Positions 1 to 11,766 of a stretch of 64,000 nt of DNA are shown here, piece by piece. Location of the stretch: positions 96,229 through 160,228 of the forward strand of contig CASFYV010000013.1 of the NCBI GenBank assembly GCA_949298985.1, in the 5' to 3' direction. Under the pieces are notes generated by a model, which was not told the origin of the DNA, did no database searches, and saw nothing but the letters and a program-made list of their open reading frames with translations. Origin of the DNA: an uncultured bacterium. Lineage in GTDB: Bacteria > Cyanobacteriota > Vampirovibrionia > Gastranaerophilales > Gastranaerophilaceae. The first letter of the stretch is position 1; the number at the start of each line of letters is the position of its first letter. A program made the position numbers and the translations under genes.

Positions 1-19
1 CTAATTTTAATTACAATAT

Positions 20-685
20 TTGTATAAAATTTATATGAAAAAATTTGATTTTGCCAGAGATGCTTTAAAATATTTAATACAAGAATTTAAAATTAAAAAA
101 TTGCATATTCCTTATTATTTATGTGATGTTATTAGACATATTGTTTTTAAGGAAAATTGTAAGCCCATTTTTTATCATATAGATAATAATTTTTTACCAT
201 TAGAAAATTTTTCCAAAAATGATTTTATTCTTTACCCTAATTATTTTGGGATTTGTGAAAATAATGTAGGTAAATTAATAAAAGAATATCCAAATATAAT
301 AATAGATAATGCTCATTCTTTTTATTCTGATGCTAAAGGTTTTGCAAGTTTTAATTCTGCAAAGAAATTTTTGCCTGTAAAAAAAGGGGCTTATTTATGG
401 TTAGGTGAAAATAAAAACCCTTTTAAAAAAGATTTTAAAAGAAAAGAGAAATTTCTTTTTTATCACAATATTTATAAAAAAACTAACCTTTTAAATATAA
501 ATATTTCAAAAAATGATATTCCTTTTTGTTATCCTTATTTAGCTGAAAATATTGAAATTGCGGATAATATTGTGAAGGATTTAAATAAACAGGGTTTAAT
601 TATTTACAGATATTGGAATAATTTACCTAAAAATTATAATGAATATAAATTTTATTCCAGATTAGTTCCAATACCTTTAGATTAA
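20..685 (+). CDS. Short DegT/DnrJ-like PLP aminotransferase-fold protein (likely ATG start at 35)
   Basis: ARDAL..., IPYYLCDV, YPNYFG, IIDNAHSF and SAKKF..KKGA motifs match the DegT-like family; shorter than usual, apparently missing a central segment. Confidence 0.5.
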   Translation: MYKIYMKKFDFARDALKYLIQEFKIKKLHIPYYLCDVIRHIVFKENCKPIFYHIDNNFLPLENFSKNDFILYPNYFGICENNVGKLIKEYPNIIIDNAHSFYSDAKGFASFNSAKKFLPVKKGAYLWLGENKNPFKKDFKRKEKFLFYHNIYKKTNLLNINISKNDIPFCYPYLAENIEIADNIVKDLNKQGLIIYRYWNNLPKNYNEYKFYSRLVPIPLD

Positions 686-692
686 GAATAAG

Positions 693-728
693 AAAGAGGT
701 CGAACTTTTTAAAAAGTTCGACCTCTTT
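693..728. terminator. Bidirectional intrinsic terminator between convergent genes
   Basis: Perfect palindrome AAAGAGGTCGAACTTTTT|AAAAAGTTCGACCTCTTT. Confidence 0.85.
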
Positions 729-746
729 GCTATATTGTTTAAAAAA

Positions 747-2591
<1,845 letters not shown>

Positions 2592-2615
2592 TTATTTTCC
2601 TTTCTATTTATTTCT

Positions 2616-2693
2616 TAGTGAGTAGTGAATAGTGATTAGTGAATAGAAGTTTTAATTTTTTTTAGTACTAATCACTAGTCACTATTCACTAGT
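2616..2693. repeat. Inverted heptamer (TAGTGAN) tandem array upstream of dnaK
   Basis: Four TAGTGAN units at 2616-2643 and three complementary NTCACTA units at 2671-2691. Confidence 0.85.
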
Positions 2694-2782
2694 ATCATTA
2701 AACCACTATTTTTCAATAAACTTTAAAAAATAAACAAAAAATTAATATTTTAGAAATTAGAATTTTATATTAAAATTAGAAT

Positions 2783-2995
2783 ATGCAAAAAATTGAAGTT
2801 GGGAAAATTTATAAACATTATAAAGGTAATATTTATAAAATTATTGCCTTAGCAAAACATTCTGAGACAAATGAAGATATGATTGTCTATCAAAATGTTG
2901 AAAAAGGTGACATTTGGACACGTCCAAAAACTATGTGGAATGAAGTCATAGATGATAAAGATACGCTTAGATTTACCCTAATGGAGATGGAATGA
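2783..2995 (+). CDS. DUF1653-like small protein
   Basis: GKIYKHYKGNIY...AKHSET.EDMIVYQ...IWTRP..MW pattern. Confidence 0.85.
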   Translation: MQKIEVGKIYKHYKGNIYKIIALAKHSETNEDMIVYQNVEKGDIWTRPKTMWNEVIDDKDTLRFTLMEME

Positions 2996-3150
2996 TTACA
3001 AAAGAAGTCCGTGAATGGTTACAAAAGGTTGAGAGAAGACAGTATTCTTATGATGATGCTATGTATGAATTTATGAGATTTTCTTCGTTTTTAACAAGAG
3101 AAGAGATGAAACTTTTAAAATCCAAGATTGAACAAAGTTACAAAGCTTAA
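2992..3150 (+). CDS. 52-aa hypothetical protein (not in the supplied ORF track)
   Basis: ATGA start/stop overlap with the DUF1653-like gene; open frame MITKEVREWLQKVERRQYSYDDAMYEFMRF...SYKA. Confidence 0.65.
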   Translation: MITKEVREWLQKVERRQYSYDDAMYEFMRFSSFLTREEMKLLKSKIEQSYKA

Positions 3151-3229
3151 TATTTATTTATAAAAACGCAATTTTTCAATGTTTTTAAACTTTATATTCA
3201 TGTAGCAGGTTTAAAAGGTTATTATTTTC

Positions 3230-4771
3230 ATGTCTATTGAAGGTTTTAACAATTATAATAATCCATATTATTTTCAAAGTAATATTGGTTTTCGAGCTAA
3301 TCAAGAAAAAGAAAAAGATAAAGATAAAAGCTTGATTATAAAAAAGCCTGTGGAAAAAGTTGAAAATGTAATCAATAAAACAGTAGATACATTTGTTAAA
3401 ACGGATGGGAATGAAGAGAAACAAAAGAAATATCGAAAAGCTGTAACAGTAGGGAGCACGGTACTTGTTATCGGTGGTTTAATGGCGTTATTAAACCCTA
3501 AGTTTTCAGGTAAGTTTATTAATAAAATGAGAAAAAATGCTTCAAAAGCAAATGCAGAAGCTTTAAAAGGAAATAGAACATCCCTAAAAGCTCAATTTAA
3601 TCAATTTAAATCAGATTTTTTATCATTTGGAGCTGATTTTTTACAATTTACAAATACTGCTAACGCAGGTAAAGATCAACTATTTAAATGGTTCTGTGCT
3701 GATAAAAAATCTTTTAATAAAGTAAAAAATGAAACAGTAAGAAATGTTTTAAGAAAAATAGATGATGGTTTTACAACTGTAATGAGAAAACCTCATAATG
3801 CTATTACAAATATGTTTGACAGTATAAGTAAAAATACTGTTCATTCTAAATACAATGGGGCTTCTAAAAAGCTTAATGAATTAGAAAATTTAATTCAAAG
3901 TTATAAAACAAAACTTCCATATTCTAAACAATTAGAATTAGAAAATAAATTAAAAGAAATAACAAAGGCTCGTGAATATTTTTCAAAAAATCAAGTAGAT
4001 TCACGTTTACAAGAACAAGAAAAATTAATGTCTAACTTAGAAAAAGACTTTAGAGCAAAATTCCAGGAATATCGTAAGAATTTTAAGTGGTTTAAAGCTG
4101 AAGGTACATTCAAAGAAAAATCACACCAAAATTATCAAAACTTTAGGGAAAACATGTCTTATTGGGCAGAAGATATTATGATGCCAGATAGAAACAAGCT
4201 TGAACAAAATGGAAAAGATATCGTAAATACCATTTTAGGCGATGGAAAAACTCAGCAAGGAAAGTATAATGAAATAATCGATATACTTTCACCATTTATT
4301 TCAAAAGAAGAAAAATTAGCTCTTGAAAGTACATTAAAATCATCTGGTAAAACACTTAGAAAAGCGAATTACAGTGAAACAGTTGAATATTTTGATAAGA
4401 AACGTGATTTAATGTTAGGAGGAGCACCTACAGATATCTTAACTGCGTTATTTGGTATTGGAATGAGTGGTGTCGCAATAGGTACCGCTGACACCAAAGA
4501 AGATAGAATCTCAAGAGCTATAACAGTAGCATTTCCAGCTATAGCCGGTTTAGGTGTTTCAACTGCTCTTACTGCAATGTTAGTATCCGGAGCAAAGAGT
4601 CTTGGTATAGGTTTTGCATCATCAATAGGCTTAAGTATGATTGGAAACACTGCTGATAAATATTTGAATCCAAAAACTAATTTAATGGCAAATCAATCAA
4701 ATAATTTGAATAAAAACCAACAAACCGCTACAAAACAACAGATTAAAAATCAGGAGGTAGTAAATGCTTAA
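3230..4771 (+). CDS. Hypothetical protein with one N-terminal hydrophobic helix, a long helical body and a Gly-rich hydrophobic C-terminus
   Basis: 513-aa ORF; hydrophobic segments near aa 70-90 and 400-480; N-terminal NIGFRA motif. Confidence 0.8.
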   Translation: MSIEGFNNYNNPYYFQSNIGFRANQEKEKDKDKSLIIKKPVEKVENVINKTVDTFVKTDGNEEKQKKYRKAVTVGSTVLVIGGLMALLNPKFSGKFINKMRKNASKANAEALKGNRTSLKAQFNQFKSDFLSFGADFLQFTNTANAGKDQLFKWFCADKKSFNKVKNETVRNVLRKIDDGFTTVMRKPHNAITNMFDSISKNTVHSKYNGASKKLNELENLIQSYKTKLPYSKQLELENKLKEITKAREYFSKNQVDSRLQEQEKLMSNLEKDFRAKFQEYRKNFKWFKAEGTFKEKSHQNYQNFRENMSYWAEDIMMPDRNKLEQNGKDIVNTILGDGKTQQGKYNEIIDILSPFISKEEKLALESTLKSSGKTLRKANYSETVEYFDKKRDLMLGGAPTDILTALFGIGMSGVAIGTADTKEDRISRAITVAFPAIAGLGVSTALTAMLVSGAKSLGIGFASSIGLSMIGNTADKYLNPKTNLMANQSNNLNKNQQTATKQQIKNQEVVNA

Positions 4772-5283
4772 TTTAATTTATGGACTATTTCTAAAACATT
4801 TTTCTTTAATGTTTCATAATCCTTGTTATTGTAAATTAGAAAATCCCAATCCTGAATATTATCTAAATCAACTTCAGTAATGTCGTTTTCTCCGACTAAT
4901 TTGCCGCCTCTAGCTTCTCGAATTTCTCGATTAGCTTCTACTCTGATTGAAATTGCACCGGCTTTTTTAAATACTTCATATTCATGTTTTATTCTTACAT
5001 CTGTTACAACGATATTACCATCTTGAGAAATTATTTTTTCAAGCCAAAAATCAGGACTTTGTGAACGTCCCCAATTACCTAAATCAATTAATCCTTGACG
5101 GTATTGAGCTTTGTTAGTTTCTATTTCTTGATAAGTTAAATTGTGCATTTTCCCATATTCAATTTTTATGATATCACCCATTGCACAACGTCTAAAACTT
5201 GGCATTGAATCTATTAAAATTTTTGCTGCAGTATCTTTGCCTGAATATTGTTTTCCTGAAAATATTATAATTTTATTTGCCAT
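4768..5283 (-). CDS. P-loop nucleoside-monophosphate / phosphomevalonate kinase-like protein
   Basis: [11 protein letters not shown]alker [21 protein letters not shown]; start placed at MANKIIIF (5283). Confidence 0.7.
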   Translation of the reverse strand: MANKIIIFSGKQYSGKDTAAKILIDSMPSFRRCAMGDIIKIEYGKMHNLTYQEIETNKAQYRQGLIDLGNWGRSQSPDFWLEKIISQDGNIVVTDVRIKHEYEVFKKAGAISIRVEANREIREARGGKLVGENDITEVDLDNIQDWDFLIYNNKDYETLKKNVLEIVHKLN

Positions 5284-5509
5284 TATTTCCCTCCAAAGGT
5301 AATGGATCATATCCGCCTTCATTTAACGGATGACATTTGCATATACGTTTTAATCCTAATATTCCACCTTTAATTAATCCATAATGTTCTATTGCTTGTT
5401 TTGTATATTCAGAACAAGTAGGATAAAATCTACATCTTGGTGGTGTATAACTCGAAATCTTTTGATATATTTTTATTAAAAATAAAATAAATTTTTTTAA
5501 CATATTCAT
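5273..5509 (-). CDS. yidD: Membrane protein insertion efficiency factor YidD
   Basis: [10 protein letters not shown]...GL.RI.KCHP...GGYDP signature. Confidence 0.95.
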   Translation of the reverse strand: MNMLKKFILFLIKIYQKISSYTPPRCRFYPTCSEYTKQAIEHYGLIKGGILGLKRICKCHPLNEGGYDPLPLEGNNGK

Positions 5510-5535
5510 ATATTATCATAAATTTTAATATTAAA

Positions 5536-5568
5536 AAAACCAAGTATTTAAAGGAAATACTTGGTTTT
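5536..5568 (-). terminator. Intrinsic terminator
   Basis: AAAACCAAGTATTT / AAATACTTGGTTTT stem with 5-nt loop downstream of the 5589-5933 gene. Confidence 0.75.
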
Positions 5569-5588
5569 AAACTTTTTAAAAATTCAAA

Positions 5589-5933
5589 CTAGAAAGGTTT
5601 AGTTTGGTTTAATTTTGCTCGAAGTTCTCTAAATCTTGCGATATCTTCCTGAGTTTTAGAAGATTCTCTAAATAACGCTTGAGATGTAGGATGAACCATT
5701 CTGATTGAATCCATATGTAATTCTAAAAATTCATATCTTTTTGGAGGTTGATTAGAGTTTTTAGCATATATTTCTACATTAGTAACAGCCAAAAATCTTC
5801 TATCAGGATCGTTTAAAAGTTGAGTTAATTGTCTATTTGCAGGAGTAGAGCCTGAAACATAAACTGTTCCTTTAATATCATCATTATCTGTTAAAATTAT
5901 TACCTCTACAGGTATCATATCAGTATTTGCCAT
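5589..5933 (-). CDS. Hypothetical protein
   Basis: 114-aa ORF with upstream GAGGA Shine-Dalgarno, co-oriented with neighbours. Confidence 0.75.
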   Translation of the reverse strand: MANTDMIPVEVIILTDNDDIKGTVYVSGSTPANRQLTQLLNDPDRRFLAVTNVEIYAKNSNQPPKRYEFLELHMDSIRMVHPTSQALFRESSKTQEDIARFRELRAKLNQTKPF

Positions 5934-5983
5934 TATTATTCCTCTCTTGATATTAAAATTTTATACTACTTTTGAATATATGT

Positions 5984-6874
5984 CTAGTGTTTTTTCTTTT
6001 TAACTCTTACGCCTTCTACTTCATAGACATCTTCTGTTACAAGAAATGCTATCGGGTCAATTGAGTGGACTAATTCTTTTAATTTTACCATTTCAAATTT
6101 ATTTACAACGCAATAAGTTTGGATTTTTTCTTTTCTAGAATAACCACCCATTGTTTTCATATAAGTAACACTTACATCTAATTCTTTCATAATAGCATCA
6201 CCAATTTCACGGTAATGTTCTGAAAAAATTCTAACAGATTTTGCTTTATCCAAACCTTCTAAAACAGAATCAATAACTTTTGATGCTATATAATAAGTTA
6301 AAATTGAATATAACGCTCTATCCCAACCGTATAAAAATGCAGCTCCCATATATATAAAAAGGTTTATGAACATTAAAAGTTCACCAACTGAAACTATTTT
6401 TAATTTTTTAGAAATATTAATTGATAACATTTCTGTTCCGTCTAAAGAAGCATTGTTTCTGAGAATTAAACCAACACCTAAGCCTAAAATAATTCCACCA
6501 AAAACAGTTGCTAATAACAAATCTTCAGTTGCTTGTTTCCCGTGAAGAACATTTGTTGCAATGCCTAACATCGCAGTTGCATAAAATGTCTGAAATACGA
6601 ATTTTTTACCCAAATTTTTATATGCCATTAAAATAAATGGGATATTTATACAAAAAATTAATAAACCTAAATTTAATTTAGTGATGTATGAAAGCATCAT
6701 TGAAATACCAATTACTCCACCATCAATGATTTTATTAGGTAGTAAAAACACTTCTAAACCAACAGCTACTATAAAAGCACCTAAAGTTAAAAAAAGGAAT
6801 TTAAAAAGATATTCGCGAAAAATTTCTCCTTTAGTTTTTTTTATAGGTTCAGTTTTTTTTCTACCAAAGAACAT
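5984..6874 (-). CDS. YitT-family membrane protein
   Basis: GL..FL.PN.IIDGGVIGIS, GIILGLGVGLILR..ASLDGTE, soluble C-terminal GV/GY..K...D..AF domain. Confidence 0.9.
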   Translation of the reverse strand: MFFGRKKTEPIKKTKGEIFREYLFKFLFLTLGAFIVAVGLEVFLLPNKIIDGGVIGISMMLSYITKLNLGLLIFCINIPFILMAYKNLGKKFVFQTFYATAMLGIATNVLHGKQATEDLLLATVFGGIILGLGVGLILRNNASLDGTEMLSINISKKLKIVSVGELLMFINLFIYMGAAFLYGWDRALYSILTYYIASKVIDSVLEGLDKAKSVRIFSEHYREIGDAIMKELDVSVTYMKTMGGYSRKEKIQTYCVVNKFEMVKLKELVHSIDPIAFLVTEDVYEVEGVRVKKKKH

Positions 6875-6881
6875 TTAATTA

Positions 6882-7769
6882 TTATTTCCCTCTTAAAATT
6901 TCGAATATATTTTTATGTTTAGTCTGAATTTCATCAACTGGTTTAATACCTAAAATAGATTCCAAATCTGTTTTTAGAGTCATTAAATCTTCGTATTTTT
7001 TTAATAATCCATCCATACACACAGAAACATCACCAGTTTCTTCAGAAACAACAAGACAAGCAGCATCTGAAACTTCTGACATTCCAATTGCAGCTCTATG
7101 TCTGGTTCCATATTTCCAACTAAGTTTTGGATCCTCTGTTAATGGAAGCAAAACTCCTGCAGAATGGATTTTTGTATCTTTAATAACCATTGCACCATCG
7201 TGTAATGGAGTATTTGGATGAAAAATTGTCAAAATCAATTCTGTTGAAATAATAGCATCAATTGTTGTTCCAACATCCGAATAAACTCCAGCATCCATAT
7301 CTTTTTGAAATACTATCAATGCTCCGGTTTTAGTTTTAGTTAAATATTTAACTGCTTCAATAATTTCTTTAATAACGTCAACATCTGCTTCTAAAGCTTT
7401 TCTATAAGGACCGGAAGTGAAAAACGTTCTTTTTATAAAACCTGGCTGACCTAAATAACCTAAAAATTTCCTTAATTCAGGCTGGAATATTACAATTAAA
7501 CTTAATGAAATTAATGTTACTAAAGATTTTAAAAATACACCTAAGATTTTTAAATCTATTAAAATTAAAATTTCACTAAAAATCCAAGCAAAAATCAAAA
7601 AGAAAATACCTTTAACAAGCTTTTCAGCCTGAGTATTTTTTATAAATTTTTGATAGAATACAAAAAGGATTAAAACAATAAAAGAAATTTCTAAGACATT
7701 AATCCAGTTCAAAGACCATTGAAGAGGACTTAAAATATTTTGGATTAATGAAATTAATGCTTCTATCAT
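6882..7769 (-). CDS. cdaA: Membrane diadenylate cyclase CdaA (c-di-AMP synthase)
   Basis: Three N-terminal TM helices, IVIFQPELR, catalytic LHDGA and GTRHRAA motifs. Confidence 0.95.
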   Translation of the reverse strand: MIEALISLIQNILSPLQWSLNWINVLEISFIVLILFVFYQKFIKNTQAEKLVKGIFFLIFAWIFSEILILIDLKILGVFLKSLVTLISLSLIVIFQPELRKFLGYLGQPGFIKRTFFTSGPYRKALEADVDVIKEIIEAVKYLTKTKTGALIVFQKDMDAGVYSDVGTTIDAIISTELILTIFHPNTPLHDGAMVIKDTKIHSAGVLLPLTEDPKLSWKYGTRHRAAIGMSEVSDAACLVVSEETGDVSVCMDGLLKKYEDLMTLKTDLESILGIKPVDEIQTKHKNIFEILRGK

Positions 7770-9076
7770 TATTTTTTCAACCTATCAGGAATAACATCTT
7801 TCGAAACTAAATCATCTAAAGTCTCTCTATTTACTATAATATCAGATAGAGAATTATTTACAAGTACCATCGCCGGTTTTTCTACTTTGTTATAATTAGA
7901 TGCCATGGAGTAATTATAAGCTCCCGTATTATATACACAAAGAATATCTCCAGCATCTAATTTAGGTAGTTCAATTTCATTTATTAAAAGATCTCCGCTT
8001 TCGCAAAAACGTCCTGCAATCGTTACTTTTTCAATATTTTCGCATTTAGGTTTATTTGCAACTTGTGCAAAATATTCCGCTTGATACATACTTGGTCTTG
8101 GATTGTCTGCCATTCCGCCATCTATTGCCACGTATTTTTTTCCGTTAGGAACTTGTTTTGAACTTCCAACTGTATACAAAGTTACGCCTGAAGTTGAAAT
8201 TATACTTCTTCCAGGTTCAATGTATATTGTAGGAACATCAATTCCAAATTTTTGCATAGAATCTGTAATAGATTCAGCCAATTCTTCAATACTTGGTGGA
8301 TTGTCATTATTTGTATATTTTACACCTAATCCGCCACCAATATTCATTTCACTTAATTCGATGTTGTGAATTTCTTTTATTCTTTTGATTTCTTTTATTA
8401 AAATTTCTACTTCGTCGTAATAAGATTTTAGTTCAAAAATTTGAGAACCTATATGAGCGTGTAACCCTTTTAAATTAAGATTTTTGTATTCATTTTTAAT
8501 TAAACCTATTATTTCATCTATTTGGGTTAAGTCAAAACCAAATTTGGAATCTGTTTGACCTGTTTGGATATAATCGTGTGTGTGACATTCAATTCCAGGT
8601 GTGATTCTTAATAATATATCTACTACTTTATTTTTTTCATAAGCGATTTTATTTAATAAATTTGCCTCATAAAAATTATCAACAGAAAATCTTCCGACTC
8701 CTAAATCTATTGCAAGTTGAATTTCTTTTGAAGATTTATTATTACCATTAAACAAAACTTTTGACATATCAACATTGGATTTATATACAGTATAAATTTC
8801 TCCTGCTGAAACAGTATCAAAACCGAATTCTTCTTCATCTAAAATTCTGCATAAAGCAGATGTACATAAAGCTTTTGATGCGTACATCATTTTTATATTT
8901 TTGTAATTTTTGAAAGCTCTCTTATAATTTTTACAAATTTCTCTTAAAGAAGCTTCATCAATTACATATAAAGGAGTTCCATATTTTTGGGCTAAATCAA
9001 CTAAATCACAGCCACCTAAAAATAAATGTTCTTTTTCTTCTAATGTTAAAGGTTTAATTGATTGATTTATGCTCAT
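7769..9076 (-). CDS. lysA: Diaminopimelate decarboxylase
   Basis: YASKA (PLP Lys), HAHIGSQ, EPGRS, GRFCESGD, GAY..SMASNYN. Confidence 0.97.
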   Translation of the reverse strand: MSINQSIKPLTLEEKEHLFLGGCDLVDLAQKYGTPLYVIDEASLREICKNYKRAFKNYKNIKMMYASKALCTSALCRILDEEEFGFDTVSAGEIYTVYKSNVDMSKVLFNGNNKSSKEIQLAIDLGVGRFSVDNFYEANLLNKIAYEKNKVVDILLRITPGIECHTHDYIQTGQTDSKFGFDLTQIDEIIGLIKNEYKNLNLKGLHAHIGSQIFELKSYYDEVEILIKEIKRIKEIHNIELSEMNIGGGLGVKYTNNDNPPSIEELAESITDSMQKFGIDVPTIYIEPGRSIISTSGVTLYTVGSSKQVPNGKKYVAIDGGMADNPRPSMYQAEYFAQVANKPKCENIEKVTIAGRFCESGDLLINEIELPKLDAGDILCVYNTGAYNYSMASNYNKVEKPAMVLVNNSLSDIIVNRETLDDLVSKDVIPDRLKK

Positions 9077-9154
9077 AAAAAATCCTTTCCTGTTTTTTTA
9101 GTATTTTATCAAAAACAAGAAAGGTTTTCGTAATCTTATTATACTAAATTTAAA

Positions 9155-9397
9155 TTATGCAGCTTCAGTTTGTACATATTTGGCAGACTTTGCAACAACT
9201 CCATAACAGACCATTGTTAGTCGATTATTCAAAGCAAGCATTGTTCTAAAAGTATTCGCTGAACAATTCATTGCAGACATCATATCATCTGCATTAACTT
9301 TAGAAACTAAAGCATTCTCATCGTGATTATCAACTTTTTCTTGTGCATACTTTTCAACTAATAACTTGTCAATAAAATCTCTTGCTCCAATTGCCAT
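9155..9397 (-). CDS. 80-aa hypothetical helical protein downstream of flhA
   Basis: AGGAG Shine-Dalgarno; follows flhA on the same strand after a 250-bp gap. Confidence 0.8.
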   Translation of the reverse strand: MAIGARDFIDKLLVEKYAQEKVDNHDENALVSKVNADDMMSAMNCSANTFRTMLALNNRLTMVCYGVVAKSAKYVQTEAA

Positions 9398-9649
9398 AAT
9401 AAATACTCCTATATTTAATTTTTACTAATACTCTCAGGGTAAATATAAATAAAGATTACTTAAACTTATAAACATAATTTAAAAATTAATTAAGCTTAAT
9501 CGTTTACTCTTTAAATCTCTTATTTATATCTTATGTATATATAAAGTATTTATAAAAATGGAAATTGCTTTTTTTAGGTTATTTATTAAGAAATGTTAAG
9601 AAATTATTAAATAAAATAGTTAAAATTTGCAATACTTTAAAAAATTTCT

Positions 9650-11740
9650 TTAATATCCTGAATTTTCACCAATAGTATCGACAGCTTCGACTTTAATATC
9701 AGTAATAAGTTCAGAGTAAGAGATAACAACAATTGTAGGAATATGTCTTTCAAGTAATTGATATAAAGGAAGTCTTATTCTAGGAGAACATAAAATAACA
9801 GGTTGTTGCCCAATAGATTGATGAGCTCTCATAAGTGTCATTGCAGTAGATTCAATTAAGTCTTGAACTTGCATAGGGTTAAGAAGGAACATAGTTCCGA
9901 GTTCTGTTCTTTGGCAACTATCATCGAGAGTTTTTTCCCATTCAGGAGAAAGAGTAAGAGCGTATAAAACCCTATCTCTATCAACATTAGATAAACAAAT
10001 TTGGCGTCCTAATGCAGCTCTCAAACGTTCTGATAAAATATCAGGTTCTTTAGAAAATCTTGCATAATCGCAGAGTCTTTCAAACACAAATATAATATCT
10101 TTGATAGAAACTTTTTCTCTGATTAGGTTAACAAATATTTTTCTTAAATCAGAAGTAGAAATAATTGCCGGAACGAGGTCGTTAACAAGAGTTGGATCTT
10201 GAGAGCGAACAAGTTCCATAAGTTTAAGAACATCAGTTTTTGTCATAACTTCATCAACGTGTTTACGTACACATTCTTGAAGGTGTGTAACAAGAACATC
10301 TGTCGCATCAACTGCAGTAACGCTTTTAGCAGATCTGGCATCATCTTGGGAAATCCAGTAAGCTTGGGTTTGATAAGTCGGATCAACACCAACAATTGCA
10401 TCTTCAGGAATAGATTTCTTAACAGAATCCCATTGATCTGCAATTACCATGTATTTTCCTGGGTATACAAAACCTGAAGCTACGACATTGTTACGAATAG
10501 AAATAACATATTCATTAGCTTCTAAAGCAGATGAGTCCATAATACGAATATTAGGTAAAATATATCCTAATTCATCAGTAACTCTTTGACGAAGAGCTGC
10601 AATTTTAGCAAGTAATTGACCTTCTTGATCAGGATCCGCAATAACAAGTAACCCTGCTCCGACTTGTAAACTTAAAACGTCAACCCCAAGTCTTTCGTAC
10701 ATTTTATTAGGGTTAACTAAGTCTTGCATATTTTGACGAACGCTTTCTAATTGTCCTAATTGAGATTGAACGTCGGCATTAACAAGCACTGAGAACCCTG
10801 CAACAGCAAGGATAATTGTAAATATTAAAAATGGTAAAAATGGTAAGCCTGTAATTGGACAAGTTATGGTAATTAATCCTAAAAATAGTGCCGCAAAAAA
10901 TAATGAATAAGGTTTTGCCATAATTTGGCTAGTTAAATCACTACCTAAAGACATATTTCCAGCAGAAGCACGAGTCATAACGATACCTGCAGCTATTGAC
11001 ATTAAAAGAGAAGGAAGTTGTGATGCTAAACCGTCACCAATAGTTAAGACTGTGTATTTACTAACAGCGTCAGCTATTGGCATTTGATTCATCAAACAAC
11101 CGACGGCTAAACCTCCGACAATATTAATAATTACAATGATGATACCAGCCATAGTATCACCTTTTACGAATTTCATAGAACCGTCCATTGAACCGAATAA
11201 ACTTGATTCTCTTTGAAGATCTTCACGACGTTTTACAGCTTCTTCAGGAGAAATTAAACCGGCGTTAAAATCAGCATCAATAGTCATTTGTTTACCGGGC
11301 ATAGCGTCTAAAGCGAAACGTGCAGCAACTTCGGCAATACGTTCAGCACCTTTTGTAATTACCATAAACTGTACAACAGTGATAATTAAGAAAATTACAC
11401 CGCCTACAATCATATTTCCACCTGTTACGAATGTTCCGAATGCGTGAATAACTTCTCCTGCATCTCCTTTTGCCAAAATAAGACGTGTTGAAGCTATTGA
11501 AAGTACCAATCTAAACATCGTTCCAAGTAGAATAATTGATGGAAAAGCTGCTAATTCCAAGGGTTTTTGGACATATAAAGATATCATCAATAAAACAATA
11601 CCTAAGGTAATATTCAAGCTTATAGAAAAATTAATAACCCAATTTGGCATCTCGATAATGAGGATTAAAATTAAGGTCATTACGAATAATGCTAAAAATA
11701 TTTCACTTATTGGTTTATTTTGTTGTCCTTCTGCTGCCAT
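9650..11740 (-). CDS. flhA: Type III export gate FlhA/SctV
   Basis: FPSIILLGTMFRL, ITKGAERIAEVAARFALDAMPGKQMTIDAD, MDGSMKFVKGD, LTIGDGL, C-terminal ISYSEL. Confidence 0.97.
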   Translation of the reverse strand: MAAEGQQNKPISEIFLALFVMTLILILIIEMPNWVINFSISLNITLGIVLLMISLYVQKPLELAAFPSIILLGTMFRLVLSIASTRLILAKGDAGEVIHAFGTFVTGGNMIVGGVIFLIITVVQFMVITKGAERIAEVAARFALDAMPGKQMTIDADFNAGLISPEEAVKRREDLQRESSLFGSMDGSMKFVKGDTMAGIIIVIINIVGGLAVGCLMNQMPIADAVSKYTVLTIGDGLASQLPSLLMSIAAGIVMTRASAGNMSLGSDLTSQIMAKPYSLFFAALFLGLITITCPITGLPFLPFLIFTIILAVAGFSVLVNADVQSQLGQLESVRQNMQDLVNPNKMYERLGVDVLSLQVGAGLLVIADPDQEGQLLAKIAALRQRVTDELGYILPNIRIMDSSALEANEYVISIRNNVVASGFVYPGKYMVIADQWDSVKKSIPEDAIVGVDPTYQTQAYWISQDDARSAKSVTAVDATDVLVTHLQECVRKHVDEVMTKTDVLKLMELVRSQDPTLVNDLVPAIISTSDLRKIFVNLIREKVSIKDIIFVFERLCDYARFSKEPDILSERLRAALGRQICLSNVDRDRVLYALTLSPEWEKTLDDSCQRTELGTMFLLNPMQVQDLIESTAMTLMRAHQSIGQQPVILCSPRIRLPLYQLLERHIPTIVVISYSELITDIKVEAVDTIGENSGY

Positions 11741-11766
11741 TAATTTCCTTTATTGTGAGAATTTTA

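Noticed and set aside
2616-2693. CIRCE operator or CRISPR array
   Set aside because: Does not match TTAGCACTC-N9-GAGTGCTAA; 7-bp units with no unique spacers and no cas genes
4768-5283. Prophage signal from the dNMP-kinase-like gene
   Set aside because: Embedded in a housekeeping run (yidD, yitT, cdaA, lysA) with no phage structural or integrase genes
9077-9154. Lysine riboswitch upstream of lysA
   Set aside because: The gap is only ~78 bp and holds a single hairpin; a lysine aptamer needs about 170 nt
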